Below the pieces are notes generated by a model. The model had not been told where the DNA came from, did no database searches, and saw only the letters and a list, made by a program, of their open reading frames with translations. The translations under genes and the position numbers were made by a program. A stretch of DNA of 64,000 nt from Phytoplasma sp. Its GTDB lineage: Bacteria > Bacillota_I > Bacilli_A > Acholeplasmatales > Acholeplasmataceae. The stretch covers positions 290,217-354,216 of the forward strand of contig NZ_CP131022.1 in assembly GCF_035187685.1 (NCBI RefSeq), in the 5' to 3' direction. This document shows, piece after piece, positions 1-11,288 of the stretch (positions are counted from its first letter, which is position 1; the number at the start of each line of letters is the position of its first letter).

Positions 1-122
1 CAGAATGTGGCAGAGAAAATTATCATACTTCTAAAAATAAGAAAAAAACTCCTGGACGTTTAGAATTCCAAAAATATTGCCCTTTTTTACGTAAACATAC
101 TCTTCATAGAGAAAAAAAATAA
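1..122 (+). CDS. rpmG: 50S ribosomal protein L33, C-terminal part (start lies outside the window)
   Basis: Reading from position 3 gives [39 protein letters not shown], then TAA at 120-122. This is the typical L33 zinc-ribbon tail (CxxC ... KYCP ... KHTLH.E.K). Confidence 0.8.
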   Translation, partial: ECGRENYHTSKNKKKTPGRLEFQKYCPFLRKHTLHREKK

Positions 123-129
123 AAAAATT

Positions 130-1401
130 GTGAGTTTTAATAAAATGCTTTCTTTTTATAAAAAAAATCGTTCTTTAGTTTTTGCTAATATGAACAAAGG
201 CAGTATTGCTTTGTTTTTTTCTAATCCAAGTAATTTTGTGCTAAATATGAATTTTGAATTGGATAAGAATTTTTACTATTTGACAGGAATAGAAGAAAAT
301 AATGTTGCTTTGATACTTATTAAAAGTATCCGTGGTCATGAAGAGACTTTTTTGTTTTTAAAGCCTAATGATTTATTAAAACAAAAATGGGATGGAGAAA
401 ATTTAACTTTTGAACAAGCATCAAAATTAACTTCTATTCCTTTATCAAATTGCTTAGATATAAATTTTATAGATTCTTTTTTATTTAATTGTTTAAATGC
501 TTTACAAAATTCTAAATACAGTTTTATTGATAATTTTTATTTAGATTTATCTAAAAAAAATATAAATGATTTTGAAAATTTATATTTATCTAAAGCTAAT
601 TATATTCAAAAAAATTATCCTTATGTCAAAATTTTTGATATTTGTCGTTTTTTATCAAAAATGAGAACTATTAAAAATGAACAAGAAATTGATTTTATAA
701 AAAAAGCCATTGCTTTTAATGATAAAGCTTTGAGAGAAATAGCTCAAATGTTAAAAACAGGTATGTATGAATATCAAATAACATCTTTTTATAATTATTT
801 TTTAGCAAATCATGCTCTTCGTCCTTCTTTTAATGCTATTGTAGCTTCTGGAAAAAATGCTACTATTTTACATTATAATAAACAAAAAAGCCGAATTAAA
901 GCTAATGATTTAGTTTTGTTAGATTTAGGTGTTAATTATAATAATTACTCTTCTGATATTTCAGTTTGTTTTCCTGCCGACGGAAAATTTACTTTTCAAC
1001 AAAAAACTATTTATAATATAGTTTTAGAAGCTAATAGAAAAATTATTGAATGGATTAAACCAGGGTATACTTTTGCACAAATGAATAAATATGGCAAAGA
1101 AATTTTAACTAAACGTTTACGAGCAAATAGTTTTTTAGGCGAAAATGAAACAATAGAAAAATATTGTTATCACGGGTTAGGGCATTATTTAGGTTTAGAA
1201 GTGCACGATGTCGGAAATATTTACGAACCTATCCCAAATAATAGTGTTATTACAGTTGAACCTGGTTTATATTTTGAAGAATTTAATTTAGGAATTAGAA
1301 TTGAAGATAATATTTTAATTCGAAATAGTGGTAATATAAATTTAACTGAAAATATTCCTAGAAAAATAGAAGATATCGAAAATTTAATGCAAAAAGAATA
1401 A
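130..1401 (+). CDS. pepP: Xaa-Pro aminopeptidase (M24B family)
   Basis: 423 aa. Metal-ligand and pita-bread motifs are present: DLGVNYNNYSSDIS, HGLGHYLGLEVHD, VEPGLY, IRIEDNILI. GTG start. Confidence 0.85.
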   Translation: MSFNKMLSFYKKNRSLVFANMNKGSIALFFSNPSNFVLNMNFELDKNFYYLTGIEENNVALILIKSIRGHEETFLFLKPNDLLKQKWDGENLTFEQASKLTSIPLSNCLDINFIDSFLFNCLNALQNSKYSFIDNFYLDLSKKNINDFENLYLSKANYIQKNYPYVKIFDICRFLSKMRTIKNEQEIDFIKKAIAFNDKALREIAQMLKTGMYEYQITSFYNYFLANHALRPSFNAIVASGKNATILHYNKQKSRIKANDLVLLDLGVNYNNYSSDISVCFPADGKFTFQQKTIYNIVLEANRKIIEWIKPGYTFAQMNKYGKEILTKRLRANSFLGENETIEKYCYHGLGHYLGLEVHDVGNIYEPIPNNSVITVEPGLYFEEFNLGIRIEDNILIRNSGNINLTENIPRKIEDIENLMQKE

Positions 1402-1430
1402 TCTTTTCTTTTTTACAAAGAAATTCTCAA

Positions 1431-1504
<74 letters not shown>

Positions 1505-1629
1505 AAATTGATTTTTAATTGATTTTTATAACAAAAAAGTATTTTAATAAAATGTTATCTATTTAAAGTGTAAATCGAAAACGTAATTAGATACATTTTT
1601 TTAAAATATTTTTTTAATATAATAGAAAA

Positions 1630-2247
1630 TTATTTTTTTTTGTTAAAATAAAATTTATTTTCTTTTCTTTTTATTAAATTTTTAATATTATTAGTATGTT
1701 TTATAAAAATCATAATAGTAATGATTAAAACTATTAATAGTTGAGAAACTTTAATAGTTTTTGGGCCTTCGTCAATATAATACCAAATCCATAAAAAAAT
1801 ATTAATTATTGAAGTAGCCAAAATAGAAGATAAAGAAGCGTATCCTGAAATTCTAACAAAAATAACAAAAAAAATAATTCCTGAGATGCCAATATAAGGA
1901 TTGATAACTGTTATAAAACCTACGGAAGTAGCTATCGCTTTCCCTCCTTTAAATCGATTGAAAACAGAAAACATATTACCTATAATCACTAATAAACCAC
2001 TGATAAAAAAAGTTTCTTTGTCTTTTATAGCTAATAAACAAAAACCTTTGCAAAAATCTAATATAAAAATTATTAAACCATATTTGAAACCTAAAACTCT
2101 AACTGCATTTGTAGAACCTATATTTTTAGAACCTAACAAACGTAAATCTTTATTTTGGAATAACTTACTTACTATTAATCCTACAGGGATAGAACCAAAC
2201 AAATAAAATAAAAAATAGGTAATTATATTGATTATAATTTGGGACAT
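1630..2247 (-). CDS. plsY: Glycerol-3-phosphate acyltransferase PlsY
   Basis: 205 aa polytopic membrane protein with [14 protein letters not shown] and the PlsY signature [15 protein letters not shown]. Confidence 0.85.
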   Translation of the reverse strand: MSQIIINIITYFLFYLFGSIPVGLIVSKLFQNKDLRLLGSKNIGSTNAVRVLGFKYGLIIFILDFCKGFCLLAIKDKETFFISGLLVIIGNMFSVFNRFKGGKAIATSVGFITVINPYIGISGIIFFVIFVRISGYASLSSILATSIINIFLWIWYYIDEGPKTIKVSQLLIVLIITIMIFIKHTNNIKNLIKRKENKFYFNKKK

Positions 2248-2419
2248 TTTTTCTTTACCTTTTGTTATATAAATTTCAAGACATTTTTTATATATTTTGA
2301 GACATATAATATATTTTATATGTTTGTGATATGATTCGAAAAAGTTACATATTGATTATAACTTTTTTTTGTAATTTTAATTCATTTTAATAATAAAAAA
2401 TATTGAAATTATATTTTTA

Positions 2420-2480
2420 TTGAGTTCCAAAATATAGAACCGCTAGAAAGTCTTTAATTAAGTCAAATTGTTTATTAAAA
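2420..2480 (+). repeat. Shortened third copy of the island-associated intergenic element (copies at 43396-43625 and 47262-47430)
   Basis: GAACCGCTAGAAAGTC (2437-2452) and TCAAATTGTTTATTAA (2463-2478) match GAACCGATAGAAAGTC / TCAAAATTGTTTATTAA at 43491 and 43537, and GAAACGATAGTAAGCC / TCAAAATTGTTTATTAA at 47325 and 47361. Confidence 0.5.
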
Positions 2481-4567
2481 AAAAAAAAAAGATTTTTTTG
2501 CTAAAAACTTAATTTTAAAAAATAATTTAGTTAGAAAAATTTTTTTAGATAGAAACTAAATTATCGTAATAGATTCATTGTGTTTTGGTTATTTAAAATG
2601 GGGACTTTTCGCGCACCACCCCGTACAAAAGTAATTTTCCAATCATACCGAGGTTTTAAATTTCTAGCTTATAATTTGTAACTGCTTTAATTTTGTCGAA
2701 AGTTTAGAATTTTTTTGAGTTGATTCAATCGTTAACATCAAGTTAACCACCTTTCTTCATCCAAAATTAAAGCACGAAATTTAATTCTCCTTTCGCCCTA
2801 TATCATGTTTTCCATGACTTCTTGGTTGGGCAATTATCTTAGTATATTCCAATCTAAGTTTTACTCTAACGACTACTATGGTTCTGTTTTTTTCTTGAGA
2901 CCATAAACTTAATTATGTTTTCCTTACGGAGAGTCTTTTAGGAAGATGAAAGTTACTCTTATTAATTACGTGAACTCTTTTTAGGTACGCCAACCTTGGC
3001 TTTAACTAATTATTACTAATTATGTAGATTAACATCGTTTAGCTAGGTAGGGTCAAGAAGGGTTGGTATTAAAACCAGACAGATTTTATCTTAAAATCCG
3101 AAATAATTAAATTAGATATCTAATCCATCTAATTTATCCCTTCTTGCAAATCTTTATCAGTTATTTCCAACTCGGTTTTAACATTACTTTATTTTGTGCA
3201 CTTAGGCTTTTTTCAAGGTTTTCTATATGATTCTTTGTTCTTGTAAGGTCATTGTCAGGTAGTAATTTCCCCTCAACTAACTTCTTTTATCTGCTGTAAC
3301 CTTCTATTCTTTCGTTTAGGAGGTCCGAGAAAATAACTTGTGCGTTATTATCCAGCGCCCCAGTTTATTATGCTGGAATTAATTAGGTTTCTCTTTGGCT
3401 CTTATGTGGATTTGTTATATTTTTAATATAAACTACAAACAAACTGATATAACGATAAATATCGAGAATTTATGAGAATGATGAAAATTATTTTTAGAAC
3501 TTTATTTATAATTGATTTTACTTTCTATATTTTTATTTTGTCGAAAATGGTGTTTTCATAATAATTGGTTAGTTGAATATTCTTATTCCTCGTTGTTAAT
3601 TAAAATTTGATGTGTTTTTCTTTATTTTTTTCGGGAAATAGATTATTTTGACTAAATTTTATGAATAATTATATTTACGAATGTGTTTAACTTTTTTGGT
3701 CCTTTTTTAATAAAATGTTTTATTTTCCTTGTTTTTATTGTTGGTTTTGCTCATATAGTGAACGGTTTTGTTGTCCCGGGCAGTAACAAATTTGTTTATA
3801 TAAATTGTAATTTTTCATAAAAATTAATTTTTTTTTGGATTTTGGTTGCCAGAGTTGTATTGAGTATATTTTGTTTTGTTGTCTTTTTTAGGGTGGAAGT
3901 TTGAGATGTATTCGATTGTTTTGCCTGTCGTTTTTAAAAAATCAGTTTTTTTGATTATGTTTTCTTTTTGAGGGTAGAATTTGGAGATGTGGTTTATTTT
4001 TTTGTTGTAGTTGTGTTTAAATGGTAATTATATAGATTAAATTTTTTGATTTTGGTTTTCAACGTATTCACTTGGGTTATTTTGTATTTCTTTTTCGGAA
4101 AACATAAAATATTAACATACAATTAATAATATAATAGATATTAAGATTACGACAATAACAAAAGTAATTGTTTTTGATTTGGATTTTGTGGTTTATAAAT
4201 TTGGTTCATAATTTAATTTTTACTGTTTATTGTAATATTTTTTTTTTTTTTTGATATAAATCGTCTTTTTTAAATAAAAAAACCAATTAAAGTCTTTTCA
4301 GAGTTAATAATTTTTAATTTTTAAAATATAATTTTATCTAAAATTCATTATAGTTTAGATTTAAGGCTATTTTTATTCTTATATTATAAAATTTGAAATT
4401 AATCCAAATTTTTATAATTGTTTTTTATAAATTTTTCGCAAAATATTTTAAATTTTTTAATATTATTTTTTTATATAGTAATTAAGTGTTATAATTTTAA
4501 TTGAATTAAGTTTTTTAGATAATAATAAAATAATTAATTGTAAAATTTTTAAAAAAAGGATATATTT

Positions 4568-5215
4568 GTGATTATGTTAAAAAATTTATTTAAATTACCA
4601 GAGTTAAATTATTCCTACGATGCTTTAGAGCCATTTATAGATGCTAAAACAATGGAGATACATCATACTAAACATCATCAAACTTATATTAATAATTTAA
4701 ATGCAGCTTTAAATAAACATCAAATTTTAAATAAAGATTTAGATTTTTTATTAAAAAATATAATTTTTTTGCCTTCAGATATTAGACAAATAGTTTTAAA
4801 TAATGGAGGAGGCCATTTTAATCATTCTTTTTTTTGGACTCTTTTAAAATTAAATACAAATTGTAATTCTTCTTTTGAAATATGCCATCTAATTAATAAA
4901 ACCTTCAGAAATTTAGAAAATTTTAAAGAAGAATTCGGGATAAAAGCTAAAAATGTGTTTGGTAGCGGTTGGACTTGGCTAATTTGTGATTTTCAAAATA
5001 ATTTAAAAATAATTAATACTCCAAATCAAAATACAGTTTTAGAGATGGGACATCCTCTTTTAGGATTAGATTTATGGGAACATGCTTATTACTTAAGTTA
5101 TCAAAATCGTCGCCCAGATTATATCGAAGCTTTTTATAATGTTATAAATTGGCTTCAAGTTGAAAAATATTTACAAGAAGCACTTTTAACTAATTTATCT
5201 TTAAATTCTAAATAG
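4568..5215 (+). CDS. sodA: Fe/Mn superoxide dismutase
   Basis: LPELNYSYDALEPFIDAKTMEIHHTKHHQTYINNLN, GGGHFNHSFFW, GLDLWEHAYYL. The start could be GTG 4568 or ATG 4574, downstream of AAAGGA at 4556. Confidence 0.9.
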   Translation: MIMLKNLFKLPELNYSYDALEPFIDAKTMEIHHTKHHQTYINNLNAALNKHQILNKDLDFLLKNIIFLPSDIRQIVLNNGGGHFNHSFFWTLLKLNTNCNSSFEICHLINKTFRNLENFKEEFGIKAKNVFGSGWTWLICDFQNNLKIINTPNQNTVLEMGHPLLGLDLWEHAYYLSYQNRRPDYIEAFYNVINWLQVEKYLQEALLTNLSLNSK

Positions 5216-5229
5216 AATAGGTTGTTCTC

Positions 5230-5673
5230 TTGGAAAAGAATTCTTTTATGTTGCCAAAAAATTTTAGAAAATTAAGATTAGAAATTATGACTAGTTTATA
5301 TCAATATGATTTTTATCAAGAGGAATTGAGCAATCAAAATTTTAATGAAGTTAAAAATATTTTGATTTTAGAACATATTATCGAAAATATTTGTTTAATT
5401 GATAAAATTATTAATAAAAACTTATATGGTTATGGTATAAATAGATTAAATAAAGTTGATAAAGCAATTATTCGTTTAGCTACGTTAGAATTATTAGAAA
5501 AACAAAATTCCCATCAAATAATTATTAATGAAGCTATCGAATTAAGTAAAGAATATTCTACTTTAAGTGATGGAAAGCAATATAAATTTAATAATAAACT
5601 TTTACATTTGATTTATGAAGATATTCAAAAAAACAAATATAAAACAAACGAGCTTTGTAAAAGCTCGTTTTAA
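5230..5673 (+). CDS. nusB: Transcription antitermination factor NusB
   Basis: 147 aa. Shows a NusB-like pattern: RLEIMTSLYQYDF ... DKAIIRLATLELL ... IINEAIELSKEYS. TTG start. Confidence 0.75.
   Translation: MEKNSFMLPKNFRKLRLEIMTSLYQYDFYQEELSNQNFNEVKNILILEHIIENICLIDKIINKNLYGYGINRLNKVDKAIIRLATLELLEKQNSHQIIINEAIELSKEYSTLSDGKQYKFNNKLLHLIYEDIQKNKYKTNELCKSSF
5646..5672. terminator. Bidirectional hairpin between the convergent nusB and the small minus-strand ORF
   Basis: AAACGAGCTTT (5646-5656) pairs perfectly with AAAGCTCGTTT (5660-5670), and T/A runs lie on both sides. It overlaps the nusB stop codon. Confidence 0.6.
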
Positions 5674-5677
5674 ATTA

Positions 5678-5890
5678 TTAAACTATATTTGATAAATTTT
5701 TATAAATAAATGTGATAATTTCTTTTATAGCTAAAATAAACGGCACTAACAAAATTATAATTAGCATTATAAAAAAAATTTTTTGCATTAAAGATGTTTT
5801 CTTTTTAGGGAAATTATTATAATACATTTTTTTGTTAGATTTTTTATTTTTTGGAAAATCTATTTTTTTTTTCATTTGGGAAGACCTCAT
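5678..5890 (-). CDS. Small basic protein with one C-terminal transmembrane helix (hypothetical)
   Basis: 70 aa, Lys-rich N-terminus followed by IFFIMLIIILLVPFILAI. No recognisable family, and it could be spurious in AT-rich DNA. Confidence 0.35.
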   Translation of the reverse strand: MRSSQMKKKIDFPKNKKSNKKMYYNNFPKKKTSLMQKIFFIMLIIILLVPFILAIKEIITFIYKNLSNIV

Positions 5891-6019
5891 TTTTTTATAG
5901 AATTTGACTATTTGCGATTTATATTGATTAATTTAAAAAAAAATAATAAAAAAATTCTTTAAACTTATATATATTATATAAAAAAAGAATGTTTTAAATC
6001 ATTTTTTTAAATAAAAGGA

Positions 6020-7261
6020 TTGAACATGGAAAATTATATTAAACAAAAATTAAAACAATTAAAATTCGAACAAATAACACCTATCCAAAAAGAAGTATTT
6101 GCTAATTTTAAGCAACCTTATCATTTAGTTGGAAGTGCTCCAACAGGAACAGGCAAAACTCATGCTTATTTATTGCCTGTTTTAAGTCAAATTGATTGGA
6201 ATCTAAATGTTATTCAAGCAGTTATTGTTGTTCCGACTAATGAATTAGTTTTTCAAGTTTTTAAAATGTTAAAGGAATTAGAACAAAGAAATTCACAAGT
6301 TAAAATTTTTTATGGTGGTATGGATAAACAAAAGATTTCTAAAAGTTTAGAAAAAAATCAACCCCCTTTGATTATAACTACTTTGAATAAATTAAATGAA
6401 TATACAGTTGTTTTAAAAAAACTTAATATTTATAAATCTTCTTTTTTAATTTTAGACGAAGCGGATGCTTTATTTGATCAAAATTCTTTGTATACATTGG
6501 ATGTATTATTATCAAAATGGAAACCTAAAATTTTATTATTTTCAGCTTCCATCACTAATAACATGAATACTTTTATCCAAAAATATTTTGGTAAATCTTT
6601 ATTTTTAGATGTTCATTCGCAACAAAAATTAAATATTAAATATTATCTTTTACAAAGTTCTTTGCAAAAGCGTTTAAATGATTTGAAACATTTTATGAAA
6701 AATTTAAATCCTTTTTCTGCTTTGATTTTTTTTTCCAAAAAAACAGAACAATTAAAAATATATAACGAGTTAAAAAGCAATAATTTTAATGTTTTAAATT
6801 TTTCTTCTGATTTGTTAGTTAAAAAGAGAAAATATTTGATGACAGAAATTAAAAAAATGAAATATCAATATATTTTAGCTAGTGATTTAGCAGCTAGAGG
6901 TTTAGATTTAGATATTCAATGGGTTATTCATTATGATTTGCCTTCGAAAAATTTAGAATTTTTTCAACATCGCAGCGGTAGAACAGGTAGAATGGGAAAA
7001 GAAGGCAACGTAATTCTTTTTTATGATGAAAAAGAAGAACTTTCTTTAATTAAAATTAAAAAAAATTATGGTATTTGTTTTAACAAAATAATGTTAACTG
7101 AAAATGGTTTTCGTGAAATAAAAACTGATATAGATAAAAACAAGAATAATTCATTGTCCGATCTCAAAAAAAAGAAAAATATTTATTCTAGTAAAAAAAG
7201 AAATTTATCGATTCAACATAAATATAAAAAACATATTCCTTTGAAAAGGAACAAAAAATGA
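6020..7261 (+). CDS. DEAD-box ATP-dependent RNA helicase
   Basis: Q-motif region TPIQ, motif I APTGTGKTHAY, motif II LDEAD, motif III SAS, motif VI HRSGRTGR, and a basic C-terminal tail. ATG at 6026 is an alternative start. Confidence 0.85.
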   Translation: MNMENYIKQKLKQLKFEQITPIQKEVFANFKQPYHLVGSAPTGTGKTHAYLLPVLSQIDWNLNVIQAVIVVPTNELVFQVFKMLKELEQRNSQVKIFYGGMDKQKISKSLEKNQPPLIITTLNKLNEYTVVLKKLNIYKSSFLILDEADALFDQNSLYTLDVLLSKWKPKILLFSASITNNMNTFIQKYFGKSLFLDVHSQQKLNIKYYLLQSSLQKRLNDLKHFMKNLNPFSALIFFSKKTEQLKIYNELKSNNFNVLNFSSDLLVKKRKYLMTEIKKMKYQYILASDLAARGLDLDIQWVIHYDLPSKNLEFFQHRSGRTGRMGKEGNVILFYDEKEELSLIKIKKNYGICFNKIMLTENGFREIKTDIDKNKNNSLSDLKKKKNIYSSKKRNLSIQHKYKKHIPLKRNKK

Positions 7262-8127
7262 TTAAAATAGGTAGCCACGTATCTTTTAAAAACCCTGGGT
7301 TTTATTTAGATGCTGTTAAACAAGCTTTATCTTTCGGTTCTAACACTTTTATGATTTATACAGGAGCTCCTCAAAATACTAAAAGAGTTAATATAACAAA
7401 TACTTATTTAAATGAAGCCTTACAAGAAATACAAAAGACAAATATTAATTTAAATGATTTAGTAGGTCATGCACCTTATATCATTAATTTAGCTAATGTG
7501 TTTTCTGAAAAAAGAAATTTTGCTATTTCTTTTTTAACTGAAGAAATGAAAAGATTTGATCAATTAAAAATTCCCCAAATGGTCTTACATCCGGGCAATG
7601 CTTTGCAAAAAACCAAAAAAGAAGCAATTCAATTGATTGCTTCCGGAATTAATCAAATTTTAACAAATACACATTCTTTACAAATAAAAATAACTTTAGA
7701 AACTATGGCTGGGAAAGGAACAGAAATCGGTTCAACTTTTCAAGAATTAAAAGAAATTATTAATTTAATAAATTGTAAAGATAGAATAGGTATTTGTTTT
7801 GATACTTGTCATGTGTTCGATGCTGGTTACGATATTAAACATAATTTTGATCAAGTTATATCTGAATTCGATCATATTATTGGTTTAAAATATTTAACTG
7901 TTTTGCATATCAATGATTCTAAGAATAATTTAGGTAGTAAAAAAGATCGTCATGAAAATATTGGTTATGGTTGTATAGGTTTTGAAGCTTTAATTAAAAT
8001 TATTTATTATTCGACATTATCTCATCTACCTAAAATTTTAGAGACTCCTTTTATCCAGGATTTTCCTATTTATACAGAAGAAATAATAATGATAAAAAAG
8101 AAAACATTTAATCCTTATTTAAAATAA
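7258..8127 (+). CDS. nfo: Endonuclease IV (AP endonuclease)
   Basis: IGSHVS, HAPYIINLA, LHPG, ETMAGKGTEIG, CFDTCH, HINDSKN..GSKKDRHENIG. Its start overlaps the helicase stop by 4 nt (ATGA). Confidence 0.9.
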   Translation: MIKIGSHVSFKNPGFYLDAVKQALSFGSNTFMIYTGAPQNTKRVNITNTYLNEALQEIQKTNINLNDLVGHAPYIINLANVFSEKRNFAISFLTEEMKRFDQLKIPQMVLHPGNALQKTKKEAIQLIASGINQILTNTHSLQIKITLETMAGKGTEIGSTFQELKEIINLINCKDRIGICFDTCHVFDAGYDIKHNFDQVISEFDHIIGLKYLTVLHINDSKNNLGSKKDRHENIGYGCIGFEALIKIIYYSTLSHLPKILETPFIQDFPIYTEEIIMIKKKTFNPYLK

Positions 8128-8296
8128 TCATTATTAAAAAAAACAGATTATAAATTTTAATTATTTTAGAATTAATAATATACAAAATATTAAAATAAGA
8201 TTAAAATTAAAAATCCAAAATAATATATGAAGACATAACTAGTTTGTTGATTTTTTTACAAAAACGCAATATAAATTAAATAAGATTGGAACTCAA

Positions 8297-8962
8297 ATGA
8301 ATTTAAAAAAAATAATTTTTATATCTATTATGACGGGTTCATCTTTAACTTTAATTTATTTTCAACAATATTTTTCTTATAACACACCTCTTACTTATAA
8401 TAATTATATTATATTGCCTAGTATTACTTTGATTCTTATGATTTTAATTTCGGATTTTTATTATAGCTTATTTGGTGTTTTAATTTATGGTTTGTTATCG
8501 GGTTTGTCTAAGTATACAAATTATATACAAATTTATGATTATTTCATTATAAAAGATTTTGGCATTAATGCTTTTGTTTTTTCTCAAATTTTATTAAAAC
8601 ATTTTCTTTGTAATTTTGTTTATTTAGGTTTATTTTTTGCTTCATATAATATAGAACAAAAGAGAAAAATAGTTTTTCAAAAATTTTGGTTATTTTTGTT
8701 TTTAATAATTTTAATTCAAAGTATTATTTTAACTACAAATGGCATTTATTTTTATGGCAAAGTTTATAAAACGTTAGTTCACCGAGTTACATGGTGGCCT
8801 AATTTAAAAAACTTAATTAATAATTATTTTATTTTAATTATTTGGCTTTTTAATTTTGTACCAATTTTTATCAATAATTTGTTGGTTGGCATTTTAGTAA
8901 CTTTTATATATCGAAGTATTCAAAAAACAAATTATTTACATATATTAAATATAAAAATATAA
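8297..8962 (+). CDS. Polytopic membrane protein (possibly an ECF-type substrate-binding S component; uncertain)
   Basis: 221 aa with about 6 hydrophobic segments. The size and N-terminal pattern IIFISIMTGSSLTLIY are compatible with S components, but no diagnostic motif is present. Confidence 0.45.
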   Translation: MNLKKIIFISIMTGSSLTLIYFQQYFSYNTPLTYNNYIILPSITLILMILISDFYYSLFGVLIYGLLSGLSKYTNYIQIYDYFIIKDFGINAFVFSQILLKHFLCNFVYLGLFFASYNIEQKRKIVFQKFWLFLFLIILIQSIILTTNGIYFYGKVYKTLVHRVTWWPNLKNLINNYFILIIWLFNFVPIFINNLLVGILVTFIYRSIQKTNYLHILNIKI

Positions 8963-9131
8963 AAATATAAAAATATAAATAACGATTGAAATATCAGCAA
9001 ATCAAGTTTTTATTATGAAGTTTAAGTTAATATTATTAACTAATATAATATTTTTTAAATAAATATAAATTGTTTATTTTTTGTAAAACAATTTATATTT
9101 ATTTGTTTATTTTGATATAATTATGTAATTA

Positions 9132-10316
9132 TTATTTGTTATTCCTAGATATAGCTATTTTATAAACATCAATCATTTTTTCAGCAAATATCTCTTGTTT
9201 ATAATTATAAGTGGATTGTTTAGCTTTTAATGACATTTTTTCATGTTTTACTTTATCTTTATAAAGACATTTTAAAGCTTGAAAGAATTCTTCTTTATCA
9301 TTATATAAAAAACCATTTTCATTATTTTGAATAACTCCATCTAATGCTTCATCATAACGAGCTACCACTGGTAAAGAGGCAGATAAAGCTTCAATATAAG
9401 TTAAACCTTGAGTTTCGAATAAAGAAGCATTAAGAAAAACGCTTCCTAATTGATAATATAATCCTATTTGATCGTTAGGAACAAAATTTAAAAAAATAAT
9501 TTTGTCTTTTAAATTTAATTTTTTAACTTTTTTTTGTAAATTTTTTTTTTCAGGTCCATCGCCGATGATTAAAAATTTACTTTTATCGTTTTGTTTATGA
9601 AAAACAGCAAAATTATCTATAAGAAAATCAATTTCTTTTTCTTTAGAAATTCTTCCTATAAATAAACAAACAAAAAAATCTGTTAAACCTAACTTTTCTT
9701 TTAAAATATTTACTTCTTTTTCAAAATAATTTTCCGGATTAAATTTTTGTAATTGAATGCCAGATGGAATAATTTTATATTCTTTGTCTATCGGATAACG
9801 TTTTGTTAAAAAATTTAAAGTTTTTTTAGTAGGAACGACAATTATATTAGCTTTTGAAATAAATTGTTTTAAAATATGATCTAATAATTTTATAATTATT
9901 TTTCTAAATATTTTAATCCAAAGAAAATTATTTTTTTCTAAAAAAACATGATACATAGAATGCATTGTATAAATTAAAGGTATGTTTAATTTTTTATGAA
10001 TATATAATCCTAAATATCCTATTCCTGCTTCTGTATGAACATGAATTATATCTAAATTTAAAGCTTGTATTTGAGAGATATGTTTTTTATATGTTATAAC
10101 TAAGCGGCAACCTTTTACACTTTTGAAAAATAATGGTATTGCTCCCTTAATCCTAATGATATAAGGATCTTCTTCTTTATGTTTTGGAACAGCTTCTGTT
10201 GTTATAATATAAACTTCATGGCCTAAAGATTCTAAACCTTGTCTCAGTGATTTAGTAGAGACGACGACGCCACCGATAAATGGTTCCCAACAATCTAAAA
10301 ATAAACCTATTTTCAT
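9132..10316 (-). CDS. GT4-family glycosyltransferase (diacylglycerol glucosyltransferase-like)
   Basis: 394 aa. N-terminal MKIGLF..W.P.IGGV, and a C-terminal GT-B EX7E region SLFETQGLTYIEALSASLPVV. Confidence 0.8.
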   Translation of the reverse strand: MKIGLFLDCWEPFIGGVVVSTKSLRQGLESLGHEVYIITTEAVPKHKEEDPYIIRIKGAIPLFFKSVKGCRLVITYKKHISQIQALNLDIIHVHTEAGIGYLGLYIHKKLNIPLIYTMHSMYHVFLEKNNFLWIKIFRKIIIKLLDHILKQFISKANIIVVPTKKTLNFLTKRYPIDKEYKIIPSGIQLQKFNPENYFEKEVNILKEKLGLTDFFVCLFIGRISKEKEIDFLIDNFAVFHKQNDKSKFLIIGDGPEKKNLQKKVKKLNLKDKIIFLNFVPNDQIGLYYQLGSVFLNASLFETQGLTYIEALSASLPVVARYDEALDGVIQNNENGFLYNDKEEFFQALKCLYKDKVKHEKMSLKAKQSTYNYKQEIFAEKMIDVYKIAISRNNK

Positions 10317-11288
10317 TAATAATTAAAATCGTCTTTCTTATTTATTTTTTAAAAAAAATTATGTATTTTTTATCGAAAAATTTATTACAATTAAATTATA
10401 ATAAAAAACTAAATTATAAGATAAAAAAAGTTTAAAAAGTAATCAAAAATTATGTTTTTTTTTTTATAATCATGGATTTTATTTTTTTTAAGTACAAAGA
10501 TAATGATATGTTTGATATTGTTTAAGTTTGCTGCTTATAATATTATTTTATAATTTTTTTATTATTTATTAATATTTAAAATTTTAAAAAAAACGAAGAT
10601 AATAAAAATGATGAATTTGATGGAAAATGTAAATAAAACATTATAATGATTTATTTTATTAATTTTCAATTTTTTTGTTCTTTTGTATATGTTTTTAAGC
10701 CTTTTTTCATGCATCGCAATATTCTTCGAGAAATTTTTTCTCTTGGATTATTTATGAGAGAAAACACTTTATTAGCGCATTTGGTTTTTTAAATTTAATT
10801 AATACAAATAGATATTTAAAATATTTATTTTATTTAAATTTAATTTGTTTTGTTAATTATCGTTTTTTTGTATATTTTATGATTTAAATTTTATTTTTTG
10901 AACATAAATTATTGCCTTTAATATTTTTTTATTTATTATTTTATATAACTCAAGACATTATAACACATGATAAAATATATATTGGTTTTCTTTATTCTTT
11001 TTTATTTTTTTGATTATATTTTTTTAACAGAAGTTTATTCCCTTTATATAAATTAAATTTCTAACATTTATAATAAGTATTATAATAAATTTATTTTTAT
11101 TATTATCTTTTCAAATTTTTTTATTTTTTATCTTTTTTTATCAAAATAAAAAACAAAAGAATTGTTAAAAAATATATAATAAATTAATTGATAACTACCC
11201 TGTTCCTTTTTTTAAATGCAACTTTTATCTTTTAAATCTTTAAAATTACTTTTTAAGATTTAAAATTAAGTTTATAATTTCATATTTT

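Noticed and set aside
1901-2206. Short ORFs antisense to or overlapping well-supported genes: 1901-2206, 20196-20378, 21165-21356, 23810-24100, 26224-26466, 27495-27746, 27756-28022, 29977-30198, 37574-37774, 50331-50513, 59732-60022 and 61468-61659.
   Set aside because: Each lies inside or opposite a longer ORF with clear family motifs. They have low-complexity translations and no SD, so they are treated as spurious.
2580-3420. Possible group II intron, tmRNA or RNase P RNA in the GC-richer block. The minus strand contains GTGCGCGAAAAGTCCCC, which loosely recalls the intron 5' GUGYG motif and the RNase P CR-I motif GGAAAGUCC.
   Set aside because: I could not fold a domain V (no AGC triad and no GNRA-capped 34-nt hairpin). 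There is no tRNA-like 3' end (no T-arm or ..CCACCA). There is no CR-IV/V-like ACAGAA..GGCUUA motif downstream. The motif matches are too short to count. It is kept only as an unexplained block in the findings.
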